From a virus (taxonomy: Duplodnaviria > Caudoviricetes): a DNA stretch of 32,109 bases. The stretch is taken from the IMG/VR virus record IMGVR_UViG_3300024500_000075, positions 1-32,109 of that record, one strand, 5' to 3'. The position numbers and the translations under genes were made by a program. This document shows, one piece after another, positions 9,401 through 17,092 of this stretch (its first letter is position 1; the number at the start of each line of letters is the position of its first letter). Under the pieces are notes generated by a model, which worked only from the letters and a program-made list of their open reading frames with translations, was not told where the DNA came from and searched no databases.

Positions 9401-9910
9401 CTAACTGTATCTGCCGCTGACAGATACGTCTCTAGAATACTTGATTTCTATAACGATATCTGTAGAAAGGAATCCAAGGACCTCTTCTGATGGAGAAGTT
9501 GGAGAAATATCGCCTATATAGATAGTGTGGAATCTGAATTTGCTAGAATTTGGCATAAAATTATTAATATCTCTAGCAGATTCATCAGATCTTCTAAATA
9601 AATCGACTATAAAGTTTCTCATCTCATTGATATCTGATATATCGGTGGCATACAGGGTAAACATTACCTGCTCATTACATACCAGCCAAGTGTCGTCATA
9701 GGTCATCCCAGTCTTGTCATAAACAATATGCTTTTTGCCACTCAAGAACTGATTCATTTCTGGGAGTTGTTGAACAGGAATAATTGGAATTATTGTTTCA
9801 TTTATATTGTCAGAATAATAGTCTGTTTCATCAAATATTTCTGCGTTCTTAAATTCGTTCCAAAGAAACTTTCTAATTTCGTTTACAGCATCTAATTTAT
9901 AATTTGTCAT
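9401..9910 (-). CDS. Tail terminator / tail completion protein (putative)
   Basis: 169 aa, last gene before the tail tube, coupled by TAATG. Assignment by synteny. Confidence 0.6.
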   Translation of the reverse strand: MTNYKLDAVNEIRKFLWNEFKNAEIFDETDYYSDNINETIIPIIPVQQLPEMNQFLSGKKHIVYDKTGMTYDDTWLVCNEQVMFTLYATDISDINEMRNFIVDLFRRSDESARDINNFMPNSSKFRFHTIYIGDISPTSPSEEVLGFLSTDIVIEIKYSRDVSVSGRYS

Positions 9911-10704
9911 TACATGTTCCTTCCATTAGACTGAACTGCAGCCTGAGCTAAATTTTTAACGGTAGCTGGAGAATAACTATATGATTTTGCTTTAATCATA
10001 GGAGGAATCATCATAGACTTTCTAGTTACAATTCTAAATGATTGACTTGCCCCAGAGTTTTTAATAGAGTTTCTAATAAGGTTTCCGCTAACAAAAAATT
10101 TATAAGTATTTGCAAACCCCATCTTTGCATATTTACCACCAGGATTTTGAACCTTAACAGATCTTCCCTGTTGCAAAACAATGTTACGATCTCCTACTGT
10201 AAATGCTAATCTTCCAGTAGGTGTTCTTGGAGTAATTAAAACTGGGTTTCCAGACTCCATAATAAAGGCTTTATTTCTAAAAACATAAACTTTTCCTTTA
10301 GTGCTATTTTTAGGAACAGAAGTCTTAGACATTTTAAACTCATAAGATAGGTTAAAATCAAATCCGTTATTCATGGTTTTATTTAACTTAAATAATCTTG
10401 CTGTTTTATCTCCGACCCTATTCCATTCATATACATGATGTAAGTATTTAGGCTTTGATCTTGCTTGCATATCAATATAGTTTCCTAGATCTGTACTTAC
10501 TCTATTATAAACTTTATTTGTAAAACCTTCTTGTATGCAGGGTTCTGTAACCATATGTGACATAACTTGAGTTTGGTAATAAAGGGCTGCAGAAATTTTT
10601 TGAACGGTCCCGCCATGGTCTATGACTCCAGATGGCTTTGAGCCCTTCATAAGGGCTGCTAAGCCGTTAGAAGCGGATTGTAGAGCAGCAGCATTAGTCG
10701 CCAA
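9910..10704 (-). CDS. Neck / tail completion protein (HK97 gp10-like position)
   Basis: 264 aa, basic, LHHVYEW motif, lies between stopper and tail terminator. Assignment by synteny. Confidence 0.55.
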   Translation of the reverse strand: MATNAAALQSASNGLAALMKGSKPSGVIDHGGTVQKISAALYYQTQVMSHMVTEPCIQEGFTNKVYNRVSTDLGNYIDMQARSKPKYLHHVYEWNRVGDKTARLFKLNKTMNNGFDFNLSYEFKMSKTSVPKNSTKGKVYVFRNKAFIMESGNPVLITPRTPTGRLAFTVGDRNIVLQQGRSVKVQNPGGKYAKMGFANTYKFFVSGNLIRNSIKNSGASQSFRIVTRKSMMIPPMIKAKSYSYSPATVKNLAQAAVQSNGRNM

Positions 10705-11119
10705 TTGTCTGGTTCTCCGATCTTGCTGCCATTAAATTGTACCCAAGGATATTTCCAAATGGATCTGTAATTGGCGTATTTCCAACTATTTCAAAAACTG
10801 TTGGAGTATTTGTAGGGTAATTTAATTCAAACCAAACAACTTCACCGTTAGCATTTCTAATATTTGTTATTTTATCTCTATGTGATATAAATTTGTCTAC
10901 ACGAATTTGAATTGCTTCTGTATCCTTAAACTTTGTAGAATATTTTTGTTTATCAGTTCCTCTACCGCTAGTTGAGCTGATGCTTCCTTTTGCAAAGCAG
11001 GATACAGTTGAATTATACGCCCACGTTTTTTTAAGGGCTCCAGTATCTGGGTCTTGTTCATCCTGTTGTGTGTAAACGTCTGCTTTCATTGACAGAATTG
11101 AATTTACTAGATCTATCAT
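10694..11119 (-). CDS. Head closure / stopper protein (SPP1 gp16-like, putative)
   Basis: 141 aa beta-rich protein (QDPDTGALKKTW...ITNIRN...FEIVG) following the adaptor. Confidence 0.65.
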   Translation of the reverse strand: MIDLVNSILSMKADVYTQQDEQDPDTGALKKTWAYNSTVSCFAKGSISSTSGRGTDKQKYSTKFKDTEAIQIRVDKFISHRDKITNIRNANGEVVWFELNYPTNTPTVFEIVGNTPITDPFGNILGYNLMAARSENQTIGD

Positions 11120-12111
11120 TAGATCACCAGCATTTGTTTAATAACGTATCCAGCAAGGATGTTGTCTACAAAAAAGTTTCCTGTTCCATTATAAACCTGT
11201 GGGTCAAATTCAAACTGCCAGTCAAAAGTCTGGATGCTTTTCACATATTTATTTTTCCATTGTGTGTCTTTATTGAAAAAGTCTTTCATTAATTCAATGG
11301 TTGCAATATTTACTTCATCTGGAACAAATTCCCAGCCAAACTTACCTTGAATTCTATATGCTACATCTTTTCTAAAAAATCCTTGAAATCCAATATCGTA
11401 TACAGTTGGAGAAACCATACCGTTAGCTAAATAAACAGTATTGTCTCTATTAATTGAATCTCCTCTATCAACCTTTATTCCATACCCGCTAGAAACAGGA
11501 ATAATGCTGTACCCAATATTATTTACATTGTTTGGGTTATCTATTAAAAGAATGTCGTTTGCATAAAGCTCATGGATATTATTTACTTTGTAAAGAGTTT
11601 GTACAGAATCATCTCCGCCACCATAAACTGTTACTGCGTCATCGTATAAATAAAACCAGTCATTTGTATAATTTTCAATTAACTTTCTTGCATATTTTTC
11701 AGCAAGCTTAAGTTCGTCGTACGATCTATAATTTTCATCGCTTGGATCAACGCCTATACCAAGAGCATCTATAGCCTCTGAAATGTTTACATATGGAGTG
11801 ACTACATCAACATACGTTGTATTAGATCCAGCATTTCCCTGAACCTGATAAGACCATACCAACTTGAGTTTTCTATTTCTTGAAGTAATATTAAAAGGAA
11901 GAACTACTTCATAGTTTCCATTGTCTGTATCTAAATTAGTTGCAGTGTATGTTCCTATTGATACTTCTGGATTAAGAGATGGAATAATGGCTGGGTCTGA
12001 AGTTATATCGTAAACAGTAACGGTTACATTGCCATCAGCGTCTACTGGTTGACCTCCCCAATAGATTTTATGACGTAGTGGTCCGTTACTATTTACATAT
12101 AATTCTGCCAT
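11119..12111 (-). CDS. Head-tail adaptor/connector protein with N-terminal extension
   Basis: 330 aa. TPYVNISE...AEKYARKLIENYT...GKFGWEFVPDEVNIATIEL...VDNILAGY resembles gp6/gp15-type adaptors. About 100 extra N-terminal residues. Confidence 0.7.
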   Translation of the reverse strand: MAELYVNSNGPLRHKIYWGGQPVDADGNVTVTVYDITSDPAIIPSLNPEVSIGTYTATNLDTDNGNYEVVLPFNITSRNRKLKLVWSYQVQGNAGSNTTYVDVVTPYVNISEAIDALGIGVDPSDENYRSYDELKLAEKYARKLIENYTNDWFYLYDDAVTVYGGGDDSVQTLYKVNNIHELYANDILLIDNPNNVNNIGYSIIPVSSGYGIKVDRGDSINRDNTVYLANGMVSPTVYDIGFQGFFRKDVAYRIQGKFGWEFVPDEVNIATIELMKDFFNKDTQWKNKYVKSIQTFDWQFEFDPQVYNGTGNFFVDNILAGYVIKQMLVI

Positions 12112-12123
12112 TTGAAATTTTCG

Positions 12124-12522
12124 TTAAGCGTAAAAGTCCTGGACTTCCTTTGCTGTGGCTAAACGAAAACCCTCCTCTTTTTCAAAAATTTCTTCTGCCT
12201 TTTCTGTTGGCATTGCAACAAACGGATGCTCTCTTGTAAAAGTGTATCCTACGGCATCATATCTAAAGTTTGCTCTTGTCATTCTAACCAAAACTGTGTT
12301 TTCTGGCTGTTCCTTCTTTGGATCAAACCTCGGTGTCACTTCTTCCATTTCGACTGATTCATCTTCAATGTTTTTAATTGTCTTTTGGTAAACGTCCCAT
12401 GTGACGCCTTCTTCTGCAAGTGCTGCTATAATTTCTGCTTTGTTCTTTGAGTTTGGTAAATCAACTGCAAAATCTTCAGCAATTTGACGAAGCTCTGCAA
12501 TTTTCAATGTCGTAAATGACAT
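12124..12522 (-). CDS. Small protein with N-terminal Rho-N/HeH-like helical motif
   Basis: LKIAELRQIAEDFAVDLPNSKNKAEIIAAL fits the helix-extension-helix pattern. AAAGGAG SD, immediately downstream of MCP. Confidence 0.65.
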   Translation of the reverse strand: MSFTTLKIAELRQIAEDFAVDLPNSKNKAEIIAALAEEGVTWDVYQKTIKNIEDESVEMEEVTPRFDPKKEQPENTVLVRMTRANFRYDAVGYTFTREHPFVAMPTEKAEEIFEKEEGFRLATAKEVQDFYA

Positions 12523-12544
12523 ATATTCTCCTTTGTTCTCATTA

Positions 12545-12573
12545 ATTATATCATTGTAAGGTTAAAAGGTAAA
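12545..12573 (-). promoter_or_regulatory. Putative promoter restarting transcription after the MCP terminator
   Basis: TTTACC-17nt-TATAAT with extended -10 (TGaTATAAT). Confidence 0.6.
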
Positions 12574-12607
12574 GACCCCCAAAACTTATTAAATTTTAGG
12601 GGTCTTT
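12571..12607 (-). terminator. Rho-independent terminator after the major capsid gene
   Basis: AAAGACCCCTAAAA...TTTTGGGGGTCTTT stem whose one mismatch is a U-G pair on the minus strand, followed by ACCTTTT. Confidence 0.8.
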
Positions 12608-12624
12608 AATAGTATCTTCTTAAA

Positions 12625-13674
12625 TTAGGAAGCTACCTTAACGTTCTTTACGACTACCCAAGCATCTGCTTGTTCAATCTGAACGCCTACACGAGTGTAG
12701 AGTGTGTACTCAACTGAGTCCTTACGTGGCCAGAAGAATCTGTATACAGTTACATCACGCTTAATTCCAATAACTACGTTATTTGGGAATGAAAGGTGGA
12801 TGTCACCATGATCTCCTGATGCACCAGTATGTGTACCAGTTTGAGTTTCCTTTAGAAGTGGGACTTCAACAATTGGAATACCAAATGCAAATGGTGCTAC
12901 ATAACCAGCTGGTCCACCAAGTGGAGCCACATCACCACGGATAACGCTTGATGCGATATCTTGTGGGATTGTCTGATTTGTACCAATGCTTTGCTGGTAT
13001 AGGAAGTCCTGAATAAGGTTAGATCCTGCAAGGAAGCGTAGGTCTGTACGACGTTGCTTGTACTTACGTGGAAGTGCCTTAAGTGCTGAGTTGAATACTG
13101 CACGAGAGATATTAGCTCCCGCTGCATCTACAACATGGCCATTAGCCTTTGCCTTCTTGACTACACCATCAAATGCCTTATAAAGTGCATCTCCTGTTAG
13201 CGAAGCATCGCCATTGAGAACCAAGTCTTCAATGTCGTTACCTGCCTGTGTTGCCATAAGACGTGCAATATGATCTTCAAGATCTGGACCTTCGATATTG
13301 TCTTCAAGAGACTCTGTTGAGAGTTCCCAGTCAAGACGAAGCTTCTTTGTGGACAAAGAAATCTTGGAGAATGTAACGCCTGCGTTTGATGAAGTATCTT
13401 CGGCTTCAGAAGCGACTTTCATCAACTTCTCGCCTACTCCGATACGATCAATCTCAGTTGTGTCTGCCTTCATTCTAACTGTACGTGCGACTTTACCGAT
13501 AACGGTTGCATCGAATACGTAGTCAAGGAATCGTGCTGACTGCTCTGGATTTAGGAGACCACCTGTTTGGGTAGCTCCAACGTGAATGCCAGTACCTGTA
13601 ATGGACTGTCCATTCATAGATGTAGATACAGTAGTATTTGCTGCTACTGCCTTTTCTAATAGTTCATTGCTCAT
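12625..13674 (-). CDS. Major capsid protein (HK97 fold)
   Basis: 349 aa. GGLLNPEQSARFLD...LSTESLEDNIEG...LVLNGD...ALPRKY...FGIPIVEVP...YTRVG. Follows the protease/scaffold and precedes a terminator. Confidence 0.95.
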   Translation of the reverse strand: MSNELLEKAVAANTTVSTSMNGQSITGTGIHVGATQTGGLLNPEQSARFLDYVFDATVIGKVARTVRMKADTTEIDRIGVGEKLMKVASEAEDTSSNAGVTFSKISLSTKKLRLDWELSTESLEDNIEGPDLEDHIARLMATQAGNDIEDLVLNGDASLTGDALYKAFDGVVKKAKANGHVVDAAGANISRAVFNSALKALPRKYKQRRTDLRFLAGSNLIQDFLYQQSIGTNQTIPQDIASSVIRGDVAPLGGPAGYVAPFAFGIPIVEVPLLKETQTGTHTGASGDHGDIHLSFPNNVVIGIKRDVTVYRFFWPRKDSVEYTLYTRVGVQIEQADAWVVVKNVKVAS

Positions 13675-13695
13675 TTTATTTTTTCACCTGCCTTT

Positions 13696-14265
13696 TTAAT
13701 TTAGAATGTCGTTCACGGAACCGAGGAAAGCGCCGCTCCATTTTGATTTCTTTACAAACTCTGTTGACCCGCCAAGGTCAGCAGACTTCTTAATTGCAGT
13801 ATCGCCCTCTACTGCGTCGATTCTCTTTTCGACTGAATTGATTGTTTCACGAATACCTTTTACAGTTTCGCTCAAATTGTTGTGCTGTTCTGCCAACTCG
13901 ACAATTCTTGCCTCAACACTCTTGCTAAAGGACTCCACAGTGTTTTTAACTTCTGCAACCTGTGCTGCATTTGTTTCTGCTGCCTTGCTAAGTGTATCGG
14001 ACAAGAAGCCCTTGAGATCCCCTAGCATCTTTGCAAAATCAAGCTCTTCTGAAGCTGCTTCTGCTGCTGGTTCTCCTGCGGTATCGGCGGCAACTGAGTC
14101 TGCAGCTGGTGCTGCTTCTTCTGCAACTGCTGCTGCTTCTGCTGCTGGTGCTTCTGCTACTGCTTCTGCTGGAGCATCTGCTGCTGGAGCATCTGCTGCT
14201 GGTGCATCAACTGCTGGTGCATCAACTGTTGTTTCTTCTGTCATCTTTGTTACTTCTTCTGACAT
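13696..14265 (-). CDS. Putative scaffold protein from an internal in-frame start (189 aa, MSEEVTKM...)
   Basis: AAAGGAGGT followed by 6 nt and an in-frame ATG at 14265, exactly at the start of the acidic/coiled-coil part. Confidence 0.65.
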   Translation of the reverse strand: MSEEVTKMTEETTVDAPAVDAPAADAPAADAPAEAVAEAPAAEAAAVAEEAAPAADSVAADTAGEPAAEAASEELDFAKMLGDLKGFLSDTLSKAAETNAAQVAEVKNTVESFSKSVEARIVELAEQHNNLSETVKGIRETINSVEKRIDAVEGDTAIKKSADLGGSTEFVKKSKWSGAFLGSVNDILN

Positions 14266-15051
14266 AGTTGTACCTCCTTTATTTACTTCGGTGTTGTTTT
14301 CAAGTTCATTTGCAGAACCAGAAATCTTATTAATGTGTTTCTCATAAACAAAACGAACTGCGTCCGATTTGTTAATATCATTGTTTTCAATCCATCCAAT
14401 AATCTCCATTTGTTTGCCGCATGCTGTGCATTCACGAGATTGGAGTGCTTCTGAAACTACAATATTGTCATGCTCACAGAAAAATACGTTTGCTGCTGCA
14501 ATTTCTGTAGCAATTCCTTTAAATACCATTTGTCCATTTACTTTTTCAATTGATAGAACATTGCAAAGTTGGTTAGCTGGAGAATCTACTAATGAAAGTT
14601 CTACTAGATCATAATCTTTAATAAATCTTACAGACGTTCCATCTGCTTTATTAACTTCATTATCCGACTCATTAATTCTTCCACCTATTGAGAAACCAGA
14701 AAGAGTGCCATCAAGAACTTTTTCCCAAGTATCTTGTGCACCCTTTGAAATGTATGTACTCACCCAAATTCCATCGTAAAAAGATTTTGACATTGGATCA
14801 AAAAAAGTTTCTGGTCTAAATGACAAAATTTTTCCGACTGCAATTGGCTGATGCATTTCACGAATGTTGCCTCTAAAGTTTTCAAACGCTTTAAGGCTCG
14901 CTTCTGCTGTGACAACATCGCCTGTTTGGTCTACATTGTTTAATGTAGCAAAACCTGAAACAGTTCGGTTCTCTTTGTTGACCTTTGTAAATGGTACGCT
15001 AATAGATAGACGATTACCATTACTAGACCAACTGGTCTTTTCAATATTCAT
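13696..15051 (-). CDS. Prohead maturation protease fused to scaffold domain
   Basis: HK97-type protease motifs (VSGFAT..VDQTGD, IREMH, LSGFSIGG, LVELSLVDSPAN), then a putative Zn ribbon, an acidic Ala/Pro linker and a coiled coil. Confidence 0.92.
   Translation of the reverse strand: MNIEKTSWSSNGNRLSISVPFTKVNKENRTVSGFATLNNVDQTGDVVTAEASLKAFENFRGNIREMHQPIAVGKILSFRPETFFDPMSKSFYDGIWVSTYISKGAQDTWEKVLDGTLSGFSIGGRINESDNEVNKADGTSVRFIKDYDLVELSLVDSPANQLCNVLSIEKVNGQMVFKGIATEIAAANVFFCEHDNIVVSEALQSRECTACGKQMEIIGWIENNDINKSDAVRFVYEKHINKISGSANELENNTEVNKGGTTMSEEVTKMTEETTVDAPAVDAPAADAPAADAPAEAVAEAPAAEAAAVAEEAAPAADSVAADTAGEPAAEAASEELDFAKMLGDLKGFLSDTLSKAAETNAAQVAEVKNTVESFSKSVEARIVELAEQHNNLSETVKGIRETINSVEKRIDAVEGDTAIKKSADLGGSTEFVKKSKWSGAFLGSVNDILN
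14167..14226 (-). repeat. Coding tandem repeat, 4 x 15 nt (VDAPA x2, ADAPA x2)
   Basis: Plus strand reads tgctggagcatctgc x2 then tgctggtgcatcaac x2. Confidence 0.85.
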
Positions 15052-15060
15052 ACTGTATAA

Positions 15061-15089
15061 AGTTTATCAACCACTAGTTAAAAAGGCAA
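15061..15089 (-). promoter_or_regulatory. Putative promoter for protease-MCP (near-leaderless transcript)
   Basis: TTGCCT-17nt-TAAACT with extended TG. ATG lies 9 nt after the -10 and has no SD. Confidence 0.6.
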
Positions 15090-15111
15090 ATAATAGTCAC
15101 CTAAAAAAATG

Positions 15112-16704
15112 CTATTCTGCTTGCCTTCCGTCTCCCTTGGCATTACGACCTTCGCCAGAAATATCTGGAGAATTTGCTTGCCTTTCTTGAGAACGCTGTC
15201 TTGTATTTCCAGCCTGAGCAGCCTGTTCAGCAGCTTGATCGCCCTTCAAATCAACGACCTCATCGCCGCCTTCAAGCGGAATCATGCCCTTTCTGATTCT
15301 TACTTCATTAGGGGTAATTACTTGCATACGCAAATATCTTTCATCAATTTTAGACTGAGTATCCTCATCTGTAAGACTTAATTCGTTAAATTTAATTATT
15401 AAAGCATCTGTCTTTTCTTCAATAACCGCATTTAATTTCTTTTCAAGTCTCATCTGTGCTGGACGGCATACTTGCTCTTTAAATGTTTTATCTGCATCAC
15501 GAGCAACTGCAAGGTTTACTCCTTCTGGGGTTCCAACCTTGTTAATTGGAACACGGTGTGCCAATAACATTTCATCTCTATTTGCTTTGCGATATTTATC
15601 AAATGAGCCTTCCTGAGTTCCAGCCTCAATTGGCTCCATCTTAAATTCAACTTTAGACTCTGGAGTATCTGCTGGCAGTGGAATATAAAGGGATCTATGG
15701 TTTTTACCCTTTAGACCTACCTGGAAAAATTCAAGCAATTTTCTTTCTGATTCTGGTGAAAGCTTTGCACCCTTTGCAGTAATAATATATCTTGGAACTG
15801 CTTTGTTTTCAAAATAGTCTAAGTTATATTTAGCTGCAAATTCATTTCCAGCCAAAGAGTTCTGTGCGGCAATAATGTCTGGAATTCCATAATATTGATT
15901 TACTGGAGTATATTTCTTTAGGTGAATAATTTCATTTGGTCTATCGTTACCGCCTAAAATTGGATTAGGAGTTTTTTGATCCCCATAGTTTCTAAAGAAT
16001 ACAAGCTTGCCATAAAGTAATTGAACAAAGCCATCTCTTGTTCTTCTAACTCTCATTGTTTTTGCAGGAATATGGCCAATATATCCAATGTCTCCACGGA
16101 CTGTTCTTCCTATTTCAATATATCCATTACCTGTAGATTCGTAATCTGTCCAAACTTTAATTAATGTTTCTTGGAATGTATCTTCACTATTACATTGATC
16201 TAGCCAGTCCTGAAGATCTTGCTTTAATTTAGAAAGTTTTCTGCGAGCTCTTTCTAATTGTTTTTCATCCGTTATTCCATCAATAGCATCATTTGTTTTT
16301 CTAGTTTCAATAAATTGATAACCTAGACCAACAATGTTTGAAGTCTTTGCATTACATGCTGCATAGTTATATGTTGAAATTTCATAAAGCCTTGAAAGAT
16401 ATTCTAGATTATATACAGGCTCTATTACATCAAGAAAAGCGTAGCCAGTTATTGCCTGCGCCAAAAGGCTTTGCTGTGTTTCAGCACCATCTTTTCCAGT
16501 AAATGCTTTTGTAACTTCTCTGCTTAATTTTCTTCTAAATGCAGGAGAGAGCCCAGACATTTTTTGAAGCTCTTCTGCAGATAGTTTAAATTCATCTGGA
16601 GAACCCTCTTCTTGTAGTTTAGAAAATCTAACCATGTCTGCATATGTGGTTAGTCTTATTTCATTATCTAAAGGTTCTGTGTCTTCTTCATATGTAGACT
16701 TCAT
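15112..16704 (-). CDS. Portal protein
   Basis: 530 aa. DYESTGNGYIEI, HIPAKTMRV, EIIHLKKY...YYGIP, YFENKAVP, HRVP, ITPNEVRIRKGMIPLEGGDE are HK97/PBSX-family portal motifs. Confidence 0.95.
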   Translation of the reverse strand: MKSTYEEDTEPLDNEIRLTTYADMVRFSKLQEEGSPDEFKLSAEELQKMSGLSPAFRRKLSREVTKAFTGKDGAETQQSLLAQAITGYAFLDVIEPVYNLEYLSRLYEISTYNYAACNAKTSNIVGLGYQFIETRKTNDAIDGITDEKQLERARRKLSKLKQDLQDWLDQCNSEDTFQETLIKVWTDYESTGNGYIEIGRTVRGDIGYIGHIPAKTMRVRRTRDGFVQLLYGKLVFFRNYGDQKTPNPILGGNDRPNEIIHLKKYTPVNQYYGIPDIIAAQNSLAGNEFAAKYNLDYFENKAVPRYIITAKGAKLSPESERKLLEFFQVGLKGKNHRSLYIPLPADTPESKVEFKMEPIEAGTQEGSFDKYRKANRDEMLLAHRVPINKVGTPEGVNLAVARDADKTFKEQVCRPAQMRLEKKLNAVIEEKTDALIIKFNELSLTDEDTQSKIDERYLRMQVITPNEVRIRKGMIPLEGGDEVVDLKGDQAAEQAAQAGNTRQRSQERQANSPDISGEGRNAKGDGRQAE

Positions 16705-17033
16705 TTCTTACCCTTCCTCATTTCGTCTTTATAGACTCCAATATCTAATTGATCTGGAACTAGACCCCACTCAAGACGTTGCTTCTGATATTCAAATTCT
16801 TCGTCATCAATCTTTCTTCTTCCAGAAAGAAATTTTGGCTGTCCCTCATAAATTCCATAATGTCTGACCGCTCTAGCCAAGGCGTCTATCTTTGCCTTGT
16901 TGCCTTTCATGGAGGTGACAGAAAGAAAGTTTCCGTCGTCGTCGCCTATCCATCTGCCATCTGGCATTTCCCAGACATAGATTCCTAGAGTTGTTTCCTC
17001 TACAATCTGCTTATTCATGCTTTTAATATCCAT
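16701..17033 (-). CDS. Hypothetical protein coupled to portal
   Basis: 110 aa, ATGA overlap with portal. Its 3' end supplies the portal SD. No family recognised. Confidence 0.75.
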   Translation of the reverse strand: MDIKSMNKQIVEETTLGIYVWEMPDGRWIGDDDGNFLSVTSMKGNKAKIDALARAVRHYGIYEGQPKFLSGRRKIDDEEFEYQKQRLEWGLVPDQLDIGVYKDEMRKGKK

Positions 17034-17039
17034 TGTTTT

Positions 17040-17068
17040 ATTTTACCATTTCATGACACATAAGTCCA
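17040..17068 (-). promoter_or_regulatory. Putative promoter giving a leaderless mRNA for 16701..17033 and portal
   Basis: TGGACT-17nt-TAAAAT with extended TG. ATG lies 6 nt after the -10 and has no SD. Confidence 0.6.
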
Positions 17069-17092
17069 TCTTTTGTCAACCAAAATGACAAA

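Noticed and set aside
14100-14230. CRISPR array or non-coding repeat
   Set aside because: The repeats are in-frame 15-nt coding units without spacers.
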